Source: Candidatus Daviesbacteria bacterium (GTDB lineage Bacteria > Patescibacteriota > Microgenomatia > Daviesbacterales > UBA10151). From it: a stretch of 64,000 nt of DNA. The stretch spans positions 404,550 to 468,549 of the forward strand of contig JAQUSJ010000001.1 of assembly GCA_028715175.1 (NCBI GenBank). Reading direction: 5' to 3'. This document shows, piece by piece, positions 1-10,468 of the stretch. The notes beneath the pieces were generated by a model. That model was given only the letters and a program-made list of their open reading frames with translations, had not been told where the DNA came from and did not search any database. The first letter of the stretch is position 1. Every line of letters begins with the position of its first letter. Made by a program: the position numbers and the translations under genes.

Positions 1-2
1 GG

Positions 3-599
3 GTAGTAAAGATTCCTAACGGTATAGATTTAGATAAATTTTCTCCGGAGGGTGAGAAAATAAAACTTGATTTGAAGAAACCGATTATTTTATCGGTAGG
101 GGCTTTGGTTTGGTATAAGCATCACGAGAAAGTTATAGATGCAGTTTCCCGATTAAGGAAAGGTTCTGTTTTGATAGTTGGTGAAGGAGAATTAAAAGAA
201 GACTTGAAGAAATTAGGAAAGGAAAAATTGGGTGACAGATTTATGATATCTAATTTTAGTTATGAAGATATGCCAAAAGTTTACCGGTCCTCTGACCTTT
301 TTACTTTGCCGTCTTGGGATAGGGAAGCTTTTGGAATTGTATATCTGGAAGCTATGGCCTCAGGTTTAGGAGTGGTGGCTCCGAATGATGTATCCAGAAG
401 AGAGATACTGGGAGACGCCGGTTTGTTTGCCGAGATTAGTAACCCCATAGATTATGCGGAAACTGTTAAGAAGGCTTTAGGGATTGACTGGGTAAAATTA
501 GCCAGGGCTCAAGCGGAAAAATTTTCCTGGGAGAAAGTGGCCAAGGAGTATGAAGAATTAATGTTAAATATGATAAAACAAAAAGGGTGTCAAAAATGA
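3..599 (+). CDS. Glycosyltransferase family 1 (GT4), C-terminal part; 5'-truncated by window edge
   Basis: Frame-3 translation from nt 3 reads VVKIPNGIDLDKF...KKPIILSVGAL, continuous with the track ORF. It has the GT4 C-domain motifs (E..FG.V.LEAMA.G.PVVA). Confidence 0.8.
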   Translation, partial: VVKIPNGIDLDKFSPEGEKIKLDLKKPIILSVGALVWYKHHEKVIDAVSRLRKGSVLIVGEGELKEDLKKLGKEKLGDRFMISNFSYEDMPKVYRSSDLFTLPSWDREAFGIVYLEAMASGLGVVAPNDVSRREILGDAGLFAEISNPIDYAETVKKALGIDWVKLARAQAEKFSWEKVAKEYEELMLNMIKQKGCQK

Positions 600-1336
600 T
601 CAGCGCAATTATTATTACTTTAAACGAAGAAGATAAAATAGGCCGGGCTATTAAAAGTTTAAAAGGATTAGCAGATGAAATAATTGTGGTTGATTCCGGC
701 AGCAGCGATAAAACTTTGGATATTGCTGAAAGTTTAGGCGCAAAAGTTTACTTTCGTAAATTTGACAATTTTGCCAATCAAAAGAATTGGGCCGTATCAA
801 AAACTAAGGGGGATTGGATTTTATCTTTGGATGCGGATGAGGAAATATTGGGCAGTTTAGCAGAGGAAATTAAAGAAGCTTCTAAAAGTAACAACTTTGC
901 AGGTTATTTACTGCCCAGGAGAAACTTTATCTTCAAAAAGGAGATAAAACATTCCAGATGGAGTCCGGATTTACATATCTGGTTATGGAAAAAAGATTGC
1001 GGCAGGTGGGTGGGGGATGTTCATGAAGAGGTGGTAGTTTCTGGAAAGGTAGGTTTACTGAAAGGAAGCAAAATTCATAATTCTCATGATACTGTAAGCA
1101 GTTTTATTAAAGCCAATAACTTATATTCAACATTAGATGCCCGGAAATTATTCAGAAAAAATATTAAATTTTCTTTCATAAAGATGTTTAGGGAAACTTT
1201 TTTTGAATTCTTTATCAGATTTTTCTACAAAAGGGGTTTCCTGGATGGAAGCGAAGGTTTTATTTTGGCTTATATAATGGGCATTTATAAACTGACTGTC
1301 TGGATAAAACTTTGGGAGCTGGAGAGAAAAGAATGA
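587..1336 (+). CDS. Glycosyltransferase family 2
   Basis: N-terminal IIITLNEE, then VVDSGSSDKT and a DXD-like LDADE motif, typical of GT2/LPS-core-type transferases. Its stop overlaps the next start (ATGA). Confidence 0.8.
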   Translation: MSKMISAIIITLNEEDKIGRAIKSLKGLADEIIVVDSGSSDKTLDIAESLGAKVYFRKFDNFANQKNWAVSKTKGDWILSLDADEEILGSLAEEIKEASKSNNFAGYLLPRRNFIFKKEIKHSRWSPDLHIWLWKKDCGRWVGDVHEEVVVSGKVGLLKGSKIHNSHDTVSSFIKANNLYSTLDARKLFRKNIKFSFIKMFRETFFEFFIRFFYKRGFLDGSEGFILAYIMGIYKLTVWIKLWELERKE

Positions 1337-2751
1337 TCTGGATTATTTTAGGTATAGGGGTTGTTTTGCGGTTGATTAGTTTAAACCAAAGTCTGTGGTT
1401 GGATGAAGGAATAAATATCATGGCTGCAAAGAGTTTTTCTTTGGCGGGCATGGTGACACAATATGCTGTTGCTGATTTTCATCCGCCTGGTTGGTTTATA
1501 ATTTTATGGTTTTGGGGAAAGTTTTTTGGTTACTCCGAGGTTGCAGTCAGGATACCCTCTGTAATTTTTGGTGTTATTACTATTTTTATAATTTATTTAA
1601 TAGGGAAAAAATTAGTTTCTAAAAATCTTGGGCTTTTGGCTGCATTGCTTCTAAGTGTTAATCCTCTGCATATTTACTACAGTCAGGAAGCCAGGATGTA
1701 TGCTTTGGCAACTCTGGCTGTTTCAGTTAATGTTTATTTACTAATAAAACTAATTAAGGGAGAAAAGGTCAATTTAATCTTTCTGATTATTAGTAATCTG
1801 GGGATATTATTATCCGATTATGTAGCTTATTTTATTTTTCCTGCGGAATTTATCTTTCTGTTGCTATCGAAAAAGAAAGAGTTTCTAAAAAAATGGTTTA
1901 TTGCTTTGGTTGCCGCGACAATATTGGGCAGTTGGTGGATTCCGATATTTTTAAGCCAACTTAATGTTGGAGCGGTCGTTTCAGCAAATTTGCCAACATG
2001 GAAATTTGTTGTGGGCGGGTTTGATTTTAAAACGGTTCCGCTTACGTTTGTAAAATTTATTATCGGCAGAATAAGTTTGACTGATAAAGTTCTATACTAC
2101 GCAATACTATTACCGGTTTGCAGTTTGTTTTTTTATTTAATATGGCAGGGAGCAAGGAAACTGGATAACTTACAAAAAAGTTTTCTAATAACTTGGGTAG
2201 TTATTCCTCCGCTCATTGCGACTGCTATTTCACTTGTAGTGCCTGTATACAATTATTTTAGAGTTTTGTTTATTGTTCCAAGTTTTGTTATTTTAGTTGC
2301 AACCGGTATTTTATCTTTTAAAAATCGATTAAGGTATATCTTTTTGGGTAGTGTAGTTTTAGTAGAAGTTTTTTGCGCTTTAGTTTATTTGATAAACCCT
2401 GTTTACCAAAGAGAAGACTGGAGGGGGTTAGTTGATTCTTTTCAAAGCCTTAAACCTTCAATTATTCTATTCGAAAGTTCCGGGACGCTGCCTCCTTTTG
2501 ATTACTATGCTAAAGGAGGCTTAAATGCAAAAGGGGCTTTGAAAGATTTTCCCGCCAGGGATGAGAATTCCGTTTCTGATTTGGGATCCCTTATTAAGAG
2601 TTATAAAGAAGTATATCTAGTCGATTATTTAGTACAGATTAGCGACCCAAACAGACTGGTTGCCGGGAAATTAACAGGTTTAGGATATAAAAAGGCAGGT
2701 ATTAAAAATTTTAATGGTGTTGGATTTGTCTATCATTACATCAAAGAATGA
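1333..2751 (+). CDS. GT-C-type integral membrane glycosyltransferase (ArnT/PMT, GT39/83-like)
   Basis: Many predicted TM helices. GGAGAG SD 7-9 nt upstream of ATG 1333. The N-terminal loop has acidic residues (LWLDEG) as in GT-C enzymes. Confidence 0.55.
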   Translation: MIWIILGIGVVLRLISLNQSLWLDEGINIMAAKSFSLAGMVTQYAVADFHPPGWFIILWFWGKFFGYSEVAVRIPSVIFGVITIFIIYLIGKKLVSKNLGLLAALLLSVNPLHIYYSQEARMYALATLAVSVNVYLLIKLIKGEKVNLIFLIISNLGILLSDYVAYFIFPAEFIFLLLSKKKEFLKKWFIALVAATILGSWWIPIFLSQLNVGAVVSANLPTWKFVVGGFDFKTVPLTFVKFIIGRISLTDKVLYYAILLPVCSLFFYLIWQGARKLDNLQKSFLITWVVIPPLIATAISLVVPVYNYFRVLFIVPSFVILVATGILSFKNRLRYIFLGSVVLVEVFCALVYLINPVYQREDWRGLVDSFQSLKPSIILFESSGTLPPFDYYAKGGLNAKGALKDFPARDENSVSDLGSLIKSYKEVYLVDYLVQISDPNRLVAGKLTGLGYKKAGIKNFNGVGFVYHYIKE

Positions 2752-4106
2752 AAAGTATTTTTTTCAAGAGACCTTCAATATATTTGACACTCTTTTTAAT
2801 TGTAGCAATTCATGTATTTATATTAACTAAATTGATTTATTTTCCGTATCCGGAACTATTTATTTATCCGTATCTTACTAATCACGGTTTAGCTCCTTAC
2901 GTCCAGATTTTGGACCAGCATTTTCCGGGACTTTTGTTTTTACCAATCAATTTAAATAATTTAGGGATGAATACACCCGAGACAGCCAGAATTTGGTCAA
3001 TCGCCGTAGTTATTTTAATCCAGGTGATATTATTTTTTGTTAGTAGTGAAATACTAAAAAGCAAAACCAAAGCACTTCTGGTAAATATCCTTTATTTGAT
3101 ATGGCAGCCTTTTTTTGAGGGTTGGGTTTTATGGATAGACAGCTTTTTACCGCTCCTGCTTCTGCCTGCTCTTTATTCTCTCTACCGCGGTAAGATTTTT
3201 GCCGCAGGAATATTGTTGGGACTGGCTGTTATGTTTAAACAAACCATAATTCCTCTTTCTGTGTTTGTTTTAATTTATATATTTTGGAAGACGCGCAGTT
3301 TTAAAAATTCCTTTAGATTTTTAGGAGGGTTACTGATTCCTGTAGTGCTAATGGTTGTATATCTTGCCAGTATAGGGGTATTTTCTGATTTTTGGTACTG
3401 GACGGTAACATTTAATCTGACAACATTTGCCCAATTTGGCAGAGGCGCGGTTCCGACTCTGGCCCATTTTTTAAGGGTGCTGTTTGTATTTGGTTTGCCG
3501 TTTTTAATACTTAAATGGATTAGATTGGCGGAGGTACAAATCCTGCTAATTTTTCTGATAGGAGCACTGGCAGGTCTTTCTACCAGGTTTGACTTTGTGC
3601 ATTTTCAACCTGCCTTGCCGTTTGCCCTGATTGCTTTTGTCTTTGTATTGGGGCGATTAGGGAAATTAGGACGGTTAGGGATTATGAGTCTGTACGGCTT
3701 GATTTTAGTATGGTGGCTCATTATTTTTTATAAGGGTCATTTAGGGGATCAAGTGATATCATTTGGTCCTAATACCAGAGAACTTGCTGTTAAAATTAAG
3801 AGCAGTACCAGTCCCGGTGAGAAAATTTTTATATATGGTGTACAGCAGCATCTATACCAGATGTCTGATACATTGCCTGCAGGGGATATTTTTGTTTTCC
3901 AGTTTCCCTGGTTTATGCAAGTAGCAGAAAGTAGAATCCTGGAAGGAATTATAAAAGATAAACCCCGAATTGTAATTTCTGACAGAGAAGTTTTGATTGA
4001 GAACCGGAAGATTACGGATTTTGCCAGAGATATTGATCAATATATTCAAAGTAATTACCAAAAAATTGACAGTGTGGGAACTGCAGAAATTCTGCAAAGG
4101 AAGTAA
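2748..4106 (+). CDS. Polytopic membrane protein, GT-C-like glycosyltransferase (putative)
   Basis: More than 10 hydrophobic helices followed by a soluble C-terminal domain. Sits inside a glycan locus and is translationally coupled (ATGA overlap) to the upstream GT-C gene. Confidence 0.45.
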   Translation: MKSIFFKRPSIYLTLFLIVAIHVFILTKLIYFPYPELFIYPYLTNHGLAPYVQILDQHFPGLLFLPINLNNLGMNTPETARIWSIAVVILIQVILFFVSSEILKSKTKALLVNILYLIWQPFFEGWVLWIDSFLPLLLLPALYSLYRGKIFAAGILLGLAVMFKQTIIPLSVFVLIYIFWKTRSFKNSFRFLGGLLIPVVLMVVYLASIGVFSDFWYWTVTFNLTTFAQFGRGAVPTLAHFLRVLFVFGLPFLILKWIRLAEVQILLIFLIGALAGLSTRFDFVHFQPALPFALIAFVFVLGRLGKLGRLGIMSLYGLILVWWLIIFYKGHLGDQVISFGPNTRELAVKIKSSTSPGEKIFIYGVQQHLYQMSDTLPAGDIFVFQFPWFMQVAESRILEGIIKDKPRIVISDREVLIENRKITDFARDIDQYIQSNYQKIDSVGTAEILQRK

Positions 4107-4115
4107 GATACTAAT

Positions 4116-5159
4116 ATGGATACAAAAATACGTGTCGGTATGGATATATCGCAGCTTGCTCACTTGGGAGGGGTTGCAACTTATACTAAAAATCTTACTG
4201 ACAACCTCTCAAAATTATCAGGACTTGAGATGGTCTATTTTTATTCTTCTTTAAGAAAGACGTATAAAGGAAAGCTGAAAAACGTTAAATCATACCGGTT
4301 GCCTCCAACGCTTTTTGAAATGCTCTTTAATAGATGGAGGAATGTTGGTGTTGAAAAGTTTACCGGACCTTTGGATATTTTCCATAGTTCAGATTGGACG
4401 CAGCCAAAAAGTAAGGCCAAAAAAGTTACTACCTATCATGATGTAGTTCCCTTGAAATATCCTCAATGGTCTCACCCAAAAATAGTTGCTGTTCACAAAA
4501 GAAGATTAGCTTTGGTAGAAAAAGAAATTGATATGGTGATTGCAGTTTCAGAGTCTACAAAGAAAGACCTATTAGAAATTACAAAAATTCCCGAGAACAA
4601 AATTAATGTTATTTATGAAGGCCCAACTATATCCGATAGTATTAGACTCCAAGGGGACGCCTTGGAGCCTGATAAGATAAAAAAGTTTAAAGAGAAATAT
4701 AACCTGCCGGATAAATTTATTCTGGCAATCGGAGGGATAGGAGAGAGAAGAAATTTAGAGAGAGCAAAAGAAGCCACGCGTGGATTAAATTTGGTTATTG
4801 CAGGGGTGACTCTTCCCTGGTTGAGCATGGAAGAGCTGGGGCTTTTATATCACAGCGCTAGAGTGTTGTTGTACCCCTCCCTTTATGAAGGTTTTGGTAT
4901 TCCCATACTGGATGCATTTTCGACAGGAACCCCGGTAATTACATCTAATGTTTCTTCCATGCCGGAGGTAGGAGGAAATGCAGCTATTTATGTTAATCCG
5001 CAAAGTGTTGAAGATATAAAAGAAAAACTCAATACGGTGTTAAACGATGAAAAGCTAAGGCAGGATTTGATTAAGAAAGGTTTTGAAAGAGTAAAAGGGT
5101 TTAGTTGGGAAAAAGCGGCTAAAGAAACCGCCGTAGTATACCGGAGGCTGCTGGAGTGA
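4116..5159 (+). CDS. Glycosyltransferase family 1 (GT4)
   Basis: EGFGIPILDAFSTGTPVITSNVSSMPEVGG is the GT4 nucleotide-sugar binding C-domain. Confidence 0.85.
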   Translation: MDTKIRVGMDISQLAHLGGVATYTKNLTDNLSKLSGLEMVYFYSSLRKTYKGKLKNVKSYRLPPTLFEMLFNRWRNVGVEKFTGPLDIFHSSDWTQPKSKAKKVTTYHDVVPLKYPQWSHPKIVAVHKRRLALVEKEIDMVIAVSESTKKDLLEITKIPENKINVIYEGPTISDSIRLQGDALEPDKIKKFKEKYNLPDKFILAIGGIGERRNLERAKEATRGLNLVIAGVTLPWLSMEELGLLYHSARVLLYPSLYEGFGIPILDAFSTGTPVITSNVSSMPEVGGNAAIYVNPQSVEDIKEKLNTVLNDEKLRQDLIKKGFERVKGFSWEKAAKETAVVYRRLLE

Positions 5160-6349
5160 AAATTTGGATTGACGGATATGAGGCGAATGTTTTACAAAGG
5201 TTGGGTTCATCCCAAGTAGCTTTCGAGCTTTTAAAAAGCCTGGAAAAAATTGATAGCAGAAACGATTATGTAATTTTATTACCTGCTCTCCCGCTGGGTG
5301 ACCTGCCAAAAGAAAGAGCCGGATGGAGATATAAAATACTCCGACCCAGGAAACTTTGGACCAGGATTGCCTTACCTTTGGCGCTTTATAGCGCAAGGCA
5401 AAAACCGGATATATTTTTTTCTCCAACTCACTATATCCCCAGGTTTACTCCTGCCGGTATTAAAAGAGTAGTTACGATATTTGATTTATCTTTCCTCCGT
5501 TTTCCGGAGATGTTTGAAAGCCGTGATCTTTGGCAGCTTAAGAATTGGAGTAAGTTTTCGGTAGATAATGCGCAGCATATAATTACTATTTCCAACGCCA
5601 GCAAAAAAGATATTATCGGGCAGTATGGGGTGAGTAAAGACAGTATTACTGTTGCATACCCAGGGTACGATAGGGAAAAATTCAAAACTCAAATGTCAAA
5701 TGTCAAAACTGAAAAGATAATAAGAAAATATAAAATAGGGGATAACTACATTATATATGTTGGGACCATTCAGCCGAGGAAGAATCTGAAAAGACTGATG
5801 GAAGCATTTGCACACGTCATCCTGGAGAGAGCGCAGCGACCGATAGGATCCCGGAAGGATTCTATCGCTTCGCTCCAGAATGACAGTTTGGAATTAGTTG
5901 TAGTGGGTAAAACTAGCGGTGAAGGTAGACAAGGTTGGATGTATGAAGATATACTGAAGGCTCCAAAAACTTTGGGTATTGAGGATAAAGTAAAATTTTT
6001 GGGGTTCGTGCCCATAGATGATTTGTCTTATCTTTTATCTGGCGCTTTAGCTTTTATCCAGCCTTCTTTATGGGAAGGGTTTGGGATACCGGTGGTAGAG
6101 GCTATGGCAACCGGCATACCGGTTATTGTTTCTAATGTTTCCTCTTTGCCGGAAGTGGTAGGAGAGGCTGGATTTTTAGTAGATCCTTATTCTGTTGATC
6201 AAATAGAGCAGGCAATTAGAACGGTGGCAACTGACAAGAAACTGAGGCAGAAGCACTCAAAGGCAGGAATTGTACAAGCCAAGAAATTCTCCTGGGACAA
6301 AATGGCAATAACGGTGCTAAGAGTTTTTGAGAAGGCAGTTAGTAGTTAA
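5156..6349 (+). CDS. Glycosyltransferase family 1 (GT4)
   Basis: GTG start overlapping the previous stop. [33 protein letters not shown] motif. Confidence 0.85.
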   Translation: MKIWIDGYEANVLQRLGSSQVAFELLKSLEKIDSRNDYVILLPALPLGDLPKERAGWRYKILRPRKLWTRIALPLALYSARQKPDIFFSPTHYIPRFTPAGIKRVVTIFDLSFLRFPEMFESRDLWQLKNWSKFSVDNAQHIITISNASKKDIIGQYGVSKDSITVAYPGYDREKFKTQMSNVKTEKIIRKYKIGDNYIIYVGTIQPRKNLKRLMEAFAHVILERAQRPIGSRKDSIASLQNDSLELVVVGKTSGEGRQGWMYEDILKAPKTLGIEDKVKFLGFVPIDDLSYLLSGALAFIQPSLWEGFGIPVVEAMATGIPVIVSNVSSLPEVVGEAGFLVDPYSVDQIEQAIRTVATDKKLRQKHSKAGIVQAKKFSWDKMAITVLRVFEKAVSS

Positions 6350-6381
6350 TTTTGGAGATTGACAAGCAGGAATAAACTTTG

Positions 6382-6408
6382 CTTTGGGATGTTGGCCTCG
6401 TGTATAAT
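6382..6408 (+). promoter_or_regulatory. Sigma70-like promoter (TTTGCT-17-TGTATAAT) giving a leaderless transcript for the acetyltransferase
   Basis: Extended -10 TGTATAAT ends 6 nt before ATG 6415. No SD is present. Confidence 0.45.
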
Positions 6409-6414
6409 CTTTGT

Positions 6415-7017
6415 ATGGCTTTCTTTAGGGATCGGATGGGTGAATCCTTAACTGCAGCTGAGGCTTCCCGGAAAATTGTAAATAGGGCATATAATTGGAT
6501 TTTGGATCTGGAATTATTACTGGTGACTTGGGCAGGATTGGTACCGTTACACTTATTTCGTTTGCTAATCTACGCTATGGCAGGTGTAAAGATAGGAAAA
6601 GGTTCCAGAATACATATTGGAGCCAGGTTTTTTTATCCGGTTAATGTTCAAATCGGAGAAGGTTCAATTTTAGGTGACAATATTTTTTTGGACGGCAGGG
6701 ATAAATTAATAATTGGCAACCATACAGATATTGCCTCAGGGGTGATGATTTTAAACTCCGAACATGACATTAATTCAGAAGATTTTCATGCTACTTCTTC
6801 CCCTGTTGAAATAGGGGATTATGTATTTATTGGTCCAAGAGCCATTATTTTGCCCGGGGTTAAAATCGGTAAAGGAGCAGTAGTGGCAGCCGGAGCAGTA
6901 GTGACTAAGGATGTGGGTGAATTTCAGATTGTTGGTGGTGTACCGGCTGAAGTGATAGGGGAGAGAAAGAGTAAAGATTTGCATTATAGGTTGGGTCGGG
7001 CAAGACTATTTCAATGA
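6415..7017 (+). CDS. Hexapeptide-repeat (LbH) sugar O-acetyltransferase
   Basis: Repeated [LIV]G..x..x hexapeptides (IGEGSILGDNIFL, IGNHTDIASGVMIL, IGDYVFIGPRAIILPGVKIGKGAVV). The track ORF starts at TTG 6379; the in-frame ATG at 6415 is preferred. Confidence 0.7.
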   Translation: MAFFRDRMGESLTAAEASRKIVNRAYNWILDLELLLVTWAGLVPLHLFRLLIYAMAGVKIGKGSRIHIGARFFYPVNVQIGEGSILGDNIFLDGRDKLIIGNHTDIASGVMILNSEHDINSEDFHATSSPVEIGDYVFIGPRAIILPGVKIGKGAVVAAGAVVTKDVGEFQIVGGVPAEVIGERKSKDLHYRLGRARLFQ

Positions 7018-7568
7018 TGAAGAAATTTTTTCTTATATTTTCCGTACTGCTTTTAGTTTATATGATTTGGCCGGGGCCAACAAAAATTGCCGATTTTAAG
7101 CCACTTCCCTCCTCTGTTAAATCTACACTTGCGGGAGACAATATAGAACAGGTATCCAATGTAGCAGGGTATTTTTCAGATAACTTCAGACCGTTTGTAA
7201 CCTCTTTCTATAAATCAAATTATTGGCAAAAAACTTTATTGCCATTTCCTCCGATAGAATTAATACATCCTCCGGAGTATGCTTTTGTAATAATAAAAAA
7301 ACACACCGACAGTACTTACCTTGAAGAGCTGGTTTATCCGTTAAGGGATTCTTTGTATGTGAATGGTTTTGAACCATTTTATTCCGATGGGAGTCCAAAA
7401 TTCTGGGGGTCAACGAAATTTGATGTTGACGGGGACAGTTTTTATACTAAAACCACACTCCGGTTTTACCCTTCACCGATTTTTGTAAGAATATTAGTTT
7501 GGTTAGGAATTGTAGTTTCGGTTTACGGGCTCAGTAAAGTAGGAAAAAAAATCTTGTTTAATATATGA
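7014..7568 (+). CDS. Hypothetical membrane protein (N- and C-terminal TM helices)
   Basis: ORF with coupled overlaps on both sides. Hydrophobic N- and C-termini. No recognisable motif. Confidence 0.45.
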   Translation: MMKKFFLIFSVLLLVYMIWPGPTKIADFKPLPSSVKSTLAGDNIEQVSNVAGYFSDNFRPFVTSFYKSNYWQKTLLPFPPIELIHPPEYAFVIIKKHTDSTYLEELVYPLRDSLYVNGFEPFYSDGSPKFWGSTKFDVDGDSFYTKTTLRFYPSPIFVRILVWLGIVVSVYGLSKVGKKILFNI

Positions 7569-8983
7569 AAAAACTAAACAAAACTCTAGAAAAATTCTTA
7601 TTATATTTGATCCTGTTTCTCTTTGTGTTTATTCCTCTTTACCCAAAGTTTCCACTATTTAATGTTGCGGGAACATTTGTTGCAATAAGATTGGAAGATT
7701 TAGTAATAGGATTAACTTTAGGGCTTTGGGCAATTTATTTAGTAATTTCTAATCAATTAAGAACATTTCTGAAAGATAAACTGAACTTAGCGATATTGCT
7801 GTTCTTTTTTGTGGCGGCTGTTTCCATATTTTCTGCAAATTTTTTGACACATACTGTTACTTCACACATTAGCATTCTTCATTATCTTAGAAGAATTGAA
7901 TTCCTTCTGCTTCTTCCTGTTGTAGCAAGTATTGTAAAAAATAAGAGAGATTTAATTTTGATAATGATCTTTTTAGCAATTACCGCAATATTAGTAAATC
8001 TATATGCTTTAGGTCAGATTTATTTGGACTGGCCTGTGATTTCAACCAGTAATTCTGAGTTTTCAAAAGGATTAATATTACGCTTAACTCCGGGGGCCCG
8101 CGCTAATTCCACTTTTGCAGGGCATTATGATTTAGCGGTGTATCTTGCCATGGCGATTTCCCTGTTAACAGCAATTTTCTTCTCAGTTTCAAAGAAGCTT
8201 AAATTTGGCGTACTGTCACTAGGGATTTTATCATTAGTTGTATTAATTATGACTGCAGCAAGGTTAGCTTTTGTTGCGGCTTTTATTGGAATAATTTTAT
8301 CACTCCTTTTTTCAAAAAAGACGAAGTATATTTTGTTTATTCTTTTTATTGCCACGGCGATATTAATATATCCATCTCAACTTAGAGACAGGTTAATTTC
8401 TACAGTCACAGTAAATCTATTTTCTCAAGGTCAGCGGTATGTAGGGCAAACAACCGATCAGCAGGTAAGAAGCAAATTAAATATTCCAACATTGGCAGTG
8501 AAAACCTCAAGCACTTCAGGATTAACATCAACTTTCGCATCTTCTTCCGGTCAAACCGCGACGGATATCACGCCGGGAGAGCCGATAGATACGACACAGT
8601 TGGGCGTATACAGGTCTTTTGAGATCAGGTTGAAGGTTGAATGGCCAAGAGCGGTGACAGCTTTTATTAAAAATCCCTTGCTGGGAACCGGATATTCCTC
8701 TATTGATATAGCAACAGATAATGATTTTTTAAGATCTTTGGGGGAAGTTGGTTTGTTAGGAACCTTGGCTTTGATTTTAGTTTTAGTAGAAGTCGCTAAA
8801 AGGATATTTTTTTTGCTTAAAAGTGAAAGTAAACTAGTCAGGTTTTTTTCAGCCGGAGTATTATCAATGTTTTTTACCTTTATTATTAATGGATTATTTA
8901 TAGATGTTTTTGAAGCTTCCAAGGTGGCATCGCTTTTTTGGATGATGCTTGGATTAAATTTAGCTGTTTTAAGATTTAAATAA
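7565..8983 (+). CDS. O-antigen ligase/polymerase-like membrane protein (Wzy_C-like)
   Basis: About 10 TM helices with a large loop carrying a Ser/Thr-rich linker. The arrangement resembles Wzy/WaaL-family proteins. Confidence 0.5.
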   Translation: MKKLNKTLEKFLLYLILFLFVFIPLYPKFPLFNVAGTFVAIRLEDLVIGLTLGLWAIYLVISNQLRTFLKDKLNLAILLFFFVAAVSIFSANFLTHTVTSHISILHYLRRIEFLLLLPVVASIVKNKRDLILIMIFLAITAILVNLYALGQIYLDWPVISTSNSEFSKGLILRLTPGARANSTFAGHYDLAVYLAMAISLLTAIFFSVSKKLKFGVLSLGILSLVVLIMTAARLAFVAAFIGIILSLLFSKKTKYILFILFIATAILIYPSQLRDRLISTVTVNLFSQGQRYVGQTTDQQVRSKLNIPTLAVKTSSTSGLTSTFASSSGQTATDITPGEPIDTTQLGVYRSFEIRLKVEWPRAVTAFIKNPLLGTGYSSIDIATDNDFLRSLGEVGLLGTLALILVLVEVAKRIFFLLKSESKLVRFFSAGVLSMFFTFIINGLFIDVFEASKVASLFWMMLGLNLAVLRFK

Positions 8984-8991
8984 ATGAAAAA

Positions 8992-10458
8992 ATGAAAGTT
9001 TTTAAGATTTTTGCAAATCAATATTTTTGGCTGACATTAATAATTGTATTCGGTTTTTTGGTCAGGCTTTATAAATTAGATTCTCCGATTGCGGATTGGC
9101 ATTCATGGCGGCAAGCAGATACCGCAGCTGTCACAAGAAATTTTATAAAACTCGGGTTTAACCCCCTTTTCCCCAAATATGACGATATGTCCGGGGTTGC
9201 GGAGAAACCTATTATTAATCCGGCGGGATTCCGATTTGTGGAATTCCCCGTTTATAATATTGTAGTTTATCCCTTGTATTTATTATTTGGAATTGATGAT
9301 AAATATCATCGTTTAGTTTCCATAATTTTTTCGCTGGGAAGTACAGCATTTTTATTTTTTATAGTTAAAAAATATGCGAGTACCGCAGCAGGTCTTTTAA
9401 CAGCTTTTACTTTTGCTGCCTTACCGTTTAATGTCTTTTTCTCGAGGACAACCTTGCCCGAGACAACTTTTGTATTTTTTGCATTAGGTATGATTTATTT
9501 TGTAGACAAATGGATTTGGGAAGGTAAAAAAAGTTTGGGTTTACTGGGATTTGTGTTTACCTCAATTGCTTTTTTAACTAAACCTTGGGCAATATTTTTC
9601 TATTTGCCGCTTTTGTATTCTCTTTATTTCAAACAAAAATCAAGAAAATTTTGGATAAAATTTTTGGCTTTGTCTTTAGTTGCACTTTCCCCTTTTATAT
9701 TATGGAGGCTTTGGATACTTCAACAACCTGAAGGCATTCCGGCTTCAAATTGGCTGTTCAACGGCGACGGAATACGTTTCAGGCCTGCATTTTGGTGGTG
9801 GATTATTTCAGAGCGGGTGGGGAGAGAAATTCTGGGAGCAACGGGAATTGTGCTATTTTTTATTGGGTTAATCAGCAGACCAAAGAGTGGTTACTTCTTA
9901 CATTTTTGGGCTTTATCTTCTTTTCTATTTATTGCTGTTGTTGCAACGGGGAATGTCAGGCATAATTATTATCAAATTTTGTTTATACCGGTGGTGTGTA
10001 TATTTTTTGCACAAGGATTTATTCAGCTTCTCAAAGGAAATAGTGTCTTTATACCAAGAATTTGGACAATCCTTTTAGGATTAATCCTCTTTCCGCTTGC
10101 GTTTTATTTTGGGTTTAAGACGACAAAAGATTTCTATAATGTAAATAATCCCAGTATTGTTGAAGCCGGTAAAATGGCTGATAGAATTCTCCCAAAAAAC
10201 GCAATAGTATTGGCGCCTTATAACGGAGACACTGCTTTTCTTTATCAAACAAACCGTTTGGGATTTGCAGCAGGAGCATTGCCAATTCCGGAATTGGTTG
10301 CAGATTTTGGTGTTAGCTATTACATATCTACAACAAAAGATGATAAAACACGCTGGGTAATGCGCCATTTTGAAGTTTTGGTGGATGACCCGCATTTTGT
10401 CATTGCAAGCTTAACAAAATTTAAAGTACCTATTGAAAGTAGCGACCCCGAACCATAA
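8992..10458 (+). CDS. GT-C-type integral membrane glycosyltransferase (GT39/ArnT-like)
   Basis: Polytopic membrane protein. N-terminal region WHSWRQADTAAVTRNF resembles ArnT/PMT first-loop motifs. Confidence 0.5.
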   Translation: MKVFKIFANQYFWLTLIIVFGFLVRLYKLDSPIADWHSWRQADTAAVTRNFIKLGFNPLFPKYDDMSGVAEKPIINPAGFRFVEFPVYNIVVYPLYLLFGIDDKYHRLVSIIFSLGSTAFLFFIVKKYASTAAGLLTAFTFAALPFNVFFSRTTLPETTFVFFALGMIYFVDKWIWEGKKSLGLLGFVFTSIAFLTKPWAIFFYLPLLYSLYFKQKSRKFWIKFLALSLVALSPFILWRLWILQQPEGIPASNWLFNGDGIRFRPAFWWWIISERVGREILGATGIVLFFIGLISRPKSGYFLHFWALSSFLFIAVVATGNVRHNYYQILFIPVVCIFFAQGFIQLLKGNSVFIPRIWTILLGLILFPLAFYFGFKTTKDFYNVNNPSIVEAGKMADRILPKNAIVLAPYNGDTAFLYQTNRLGFAAGALPIPELVADFGVSYYISTTKDDKTRWVMRHFEVLVDDPHFVIASLTKFKVPIESSDPEP

Positions 10459-10468
10459 CAACTTAACG

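Noticed and set aside
5690-5712. AAATGTC AAATGTC tandem duplication inside GT4 gene
   Set aside because: Encodes ...MSNVK...; a simple in-frame codon duplication with no regulatory context.
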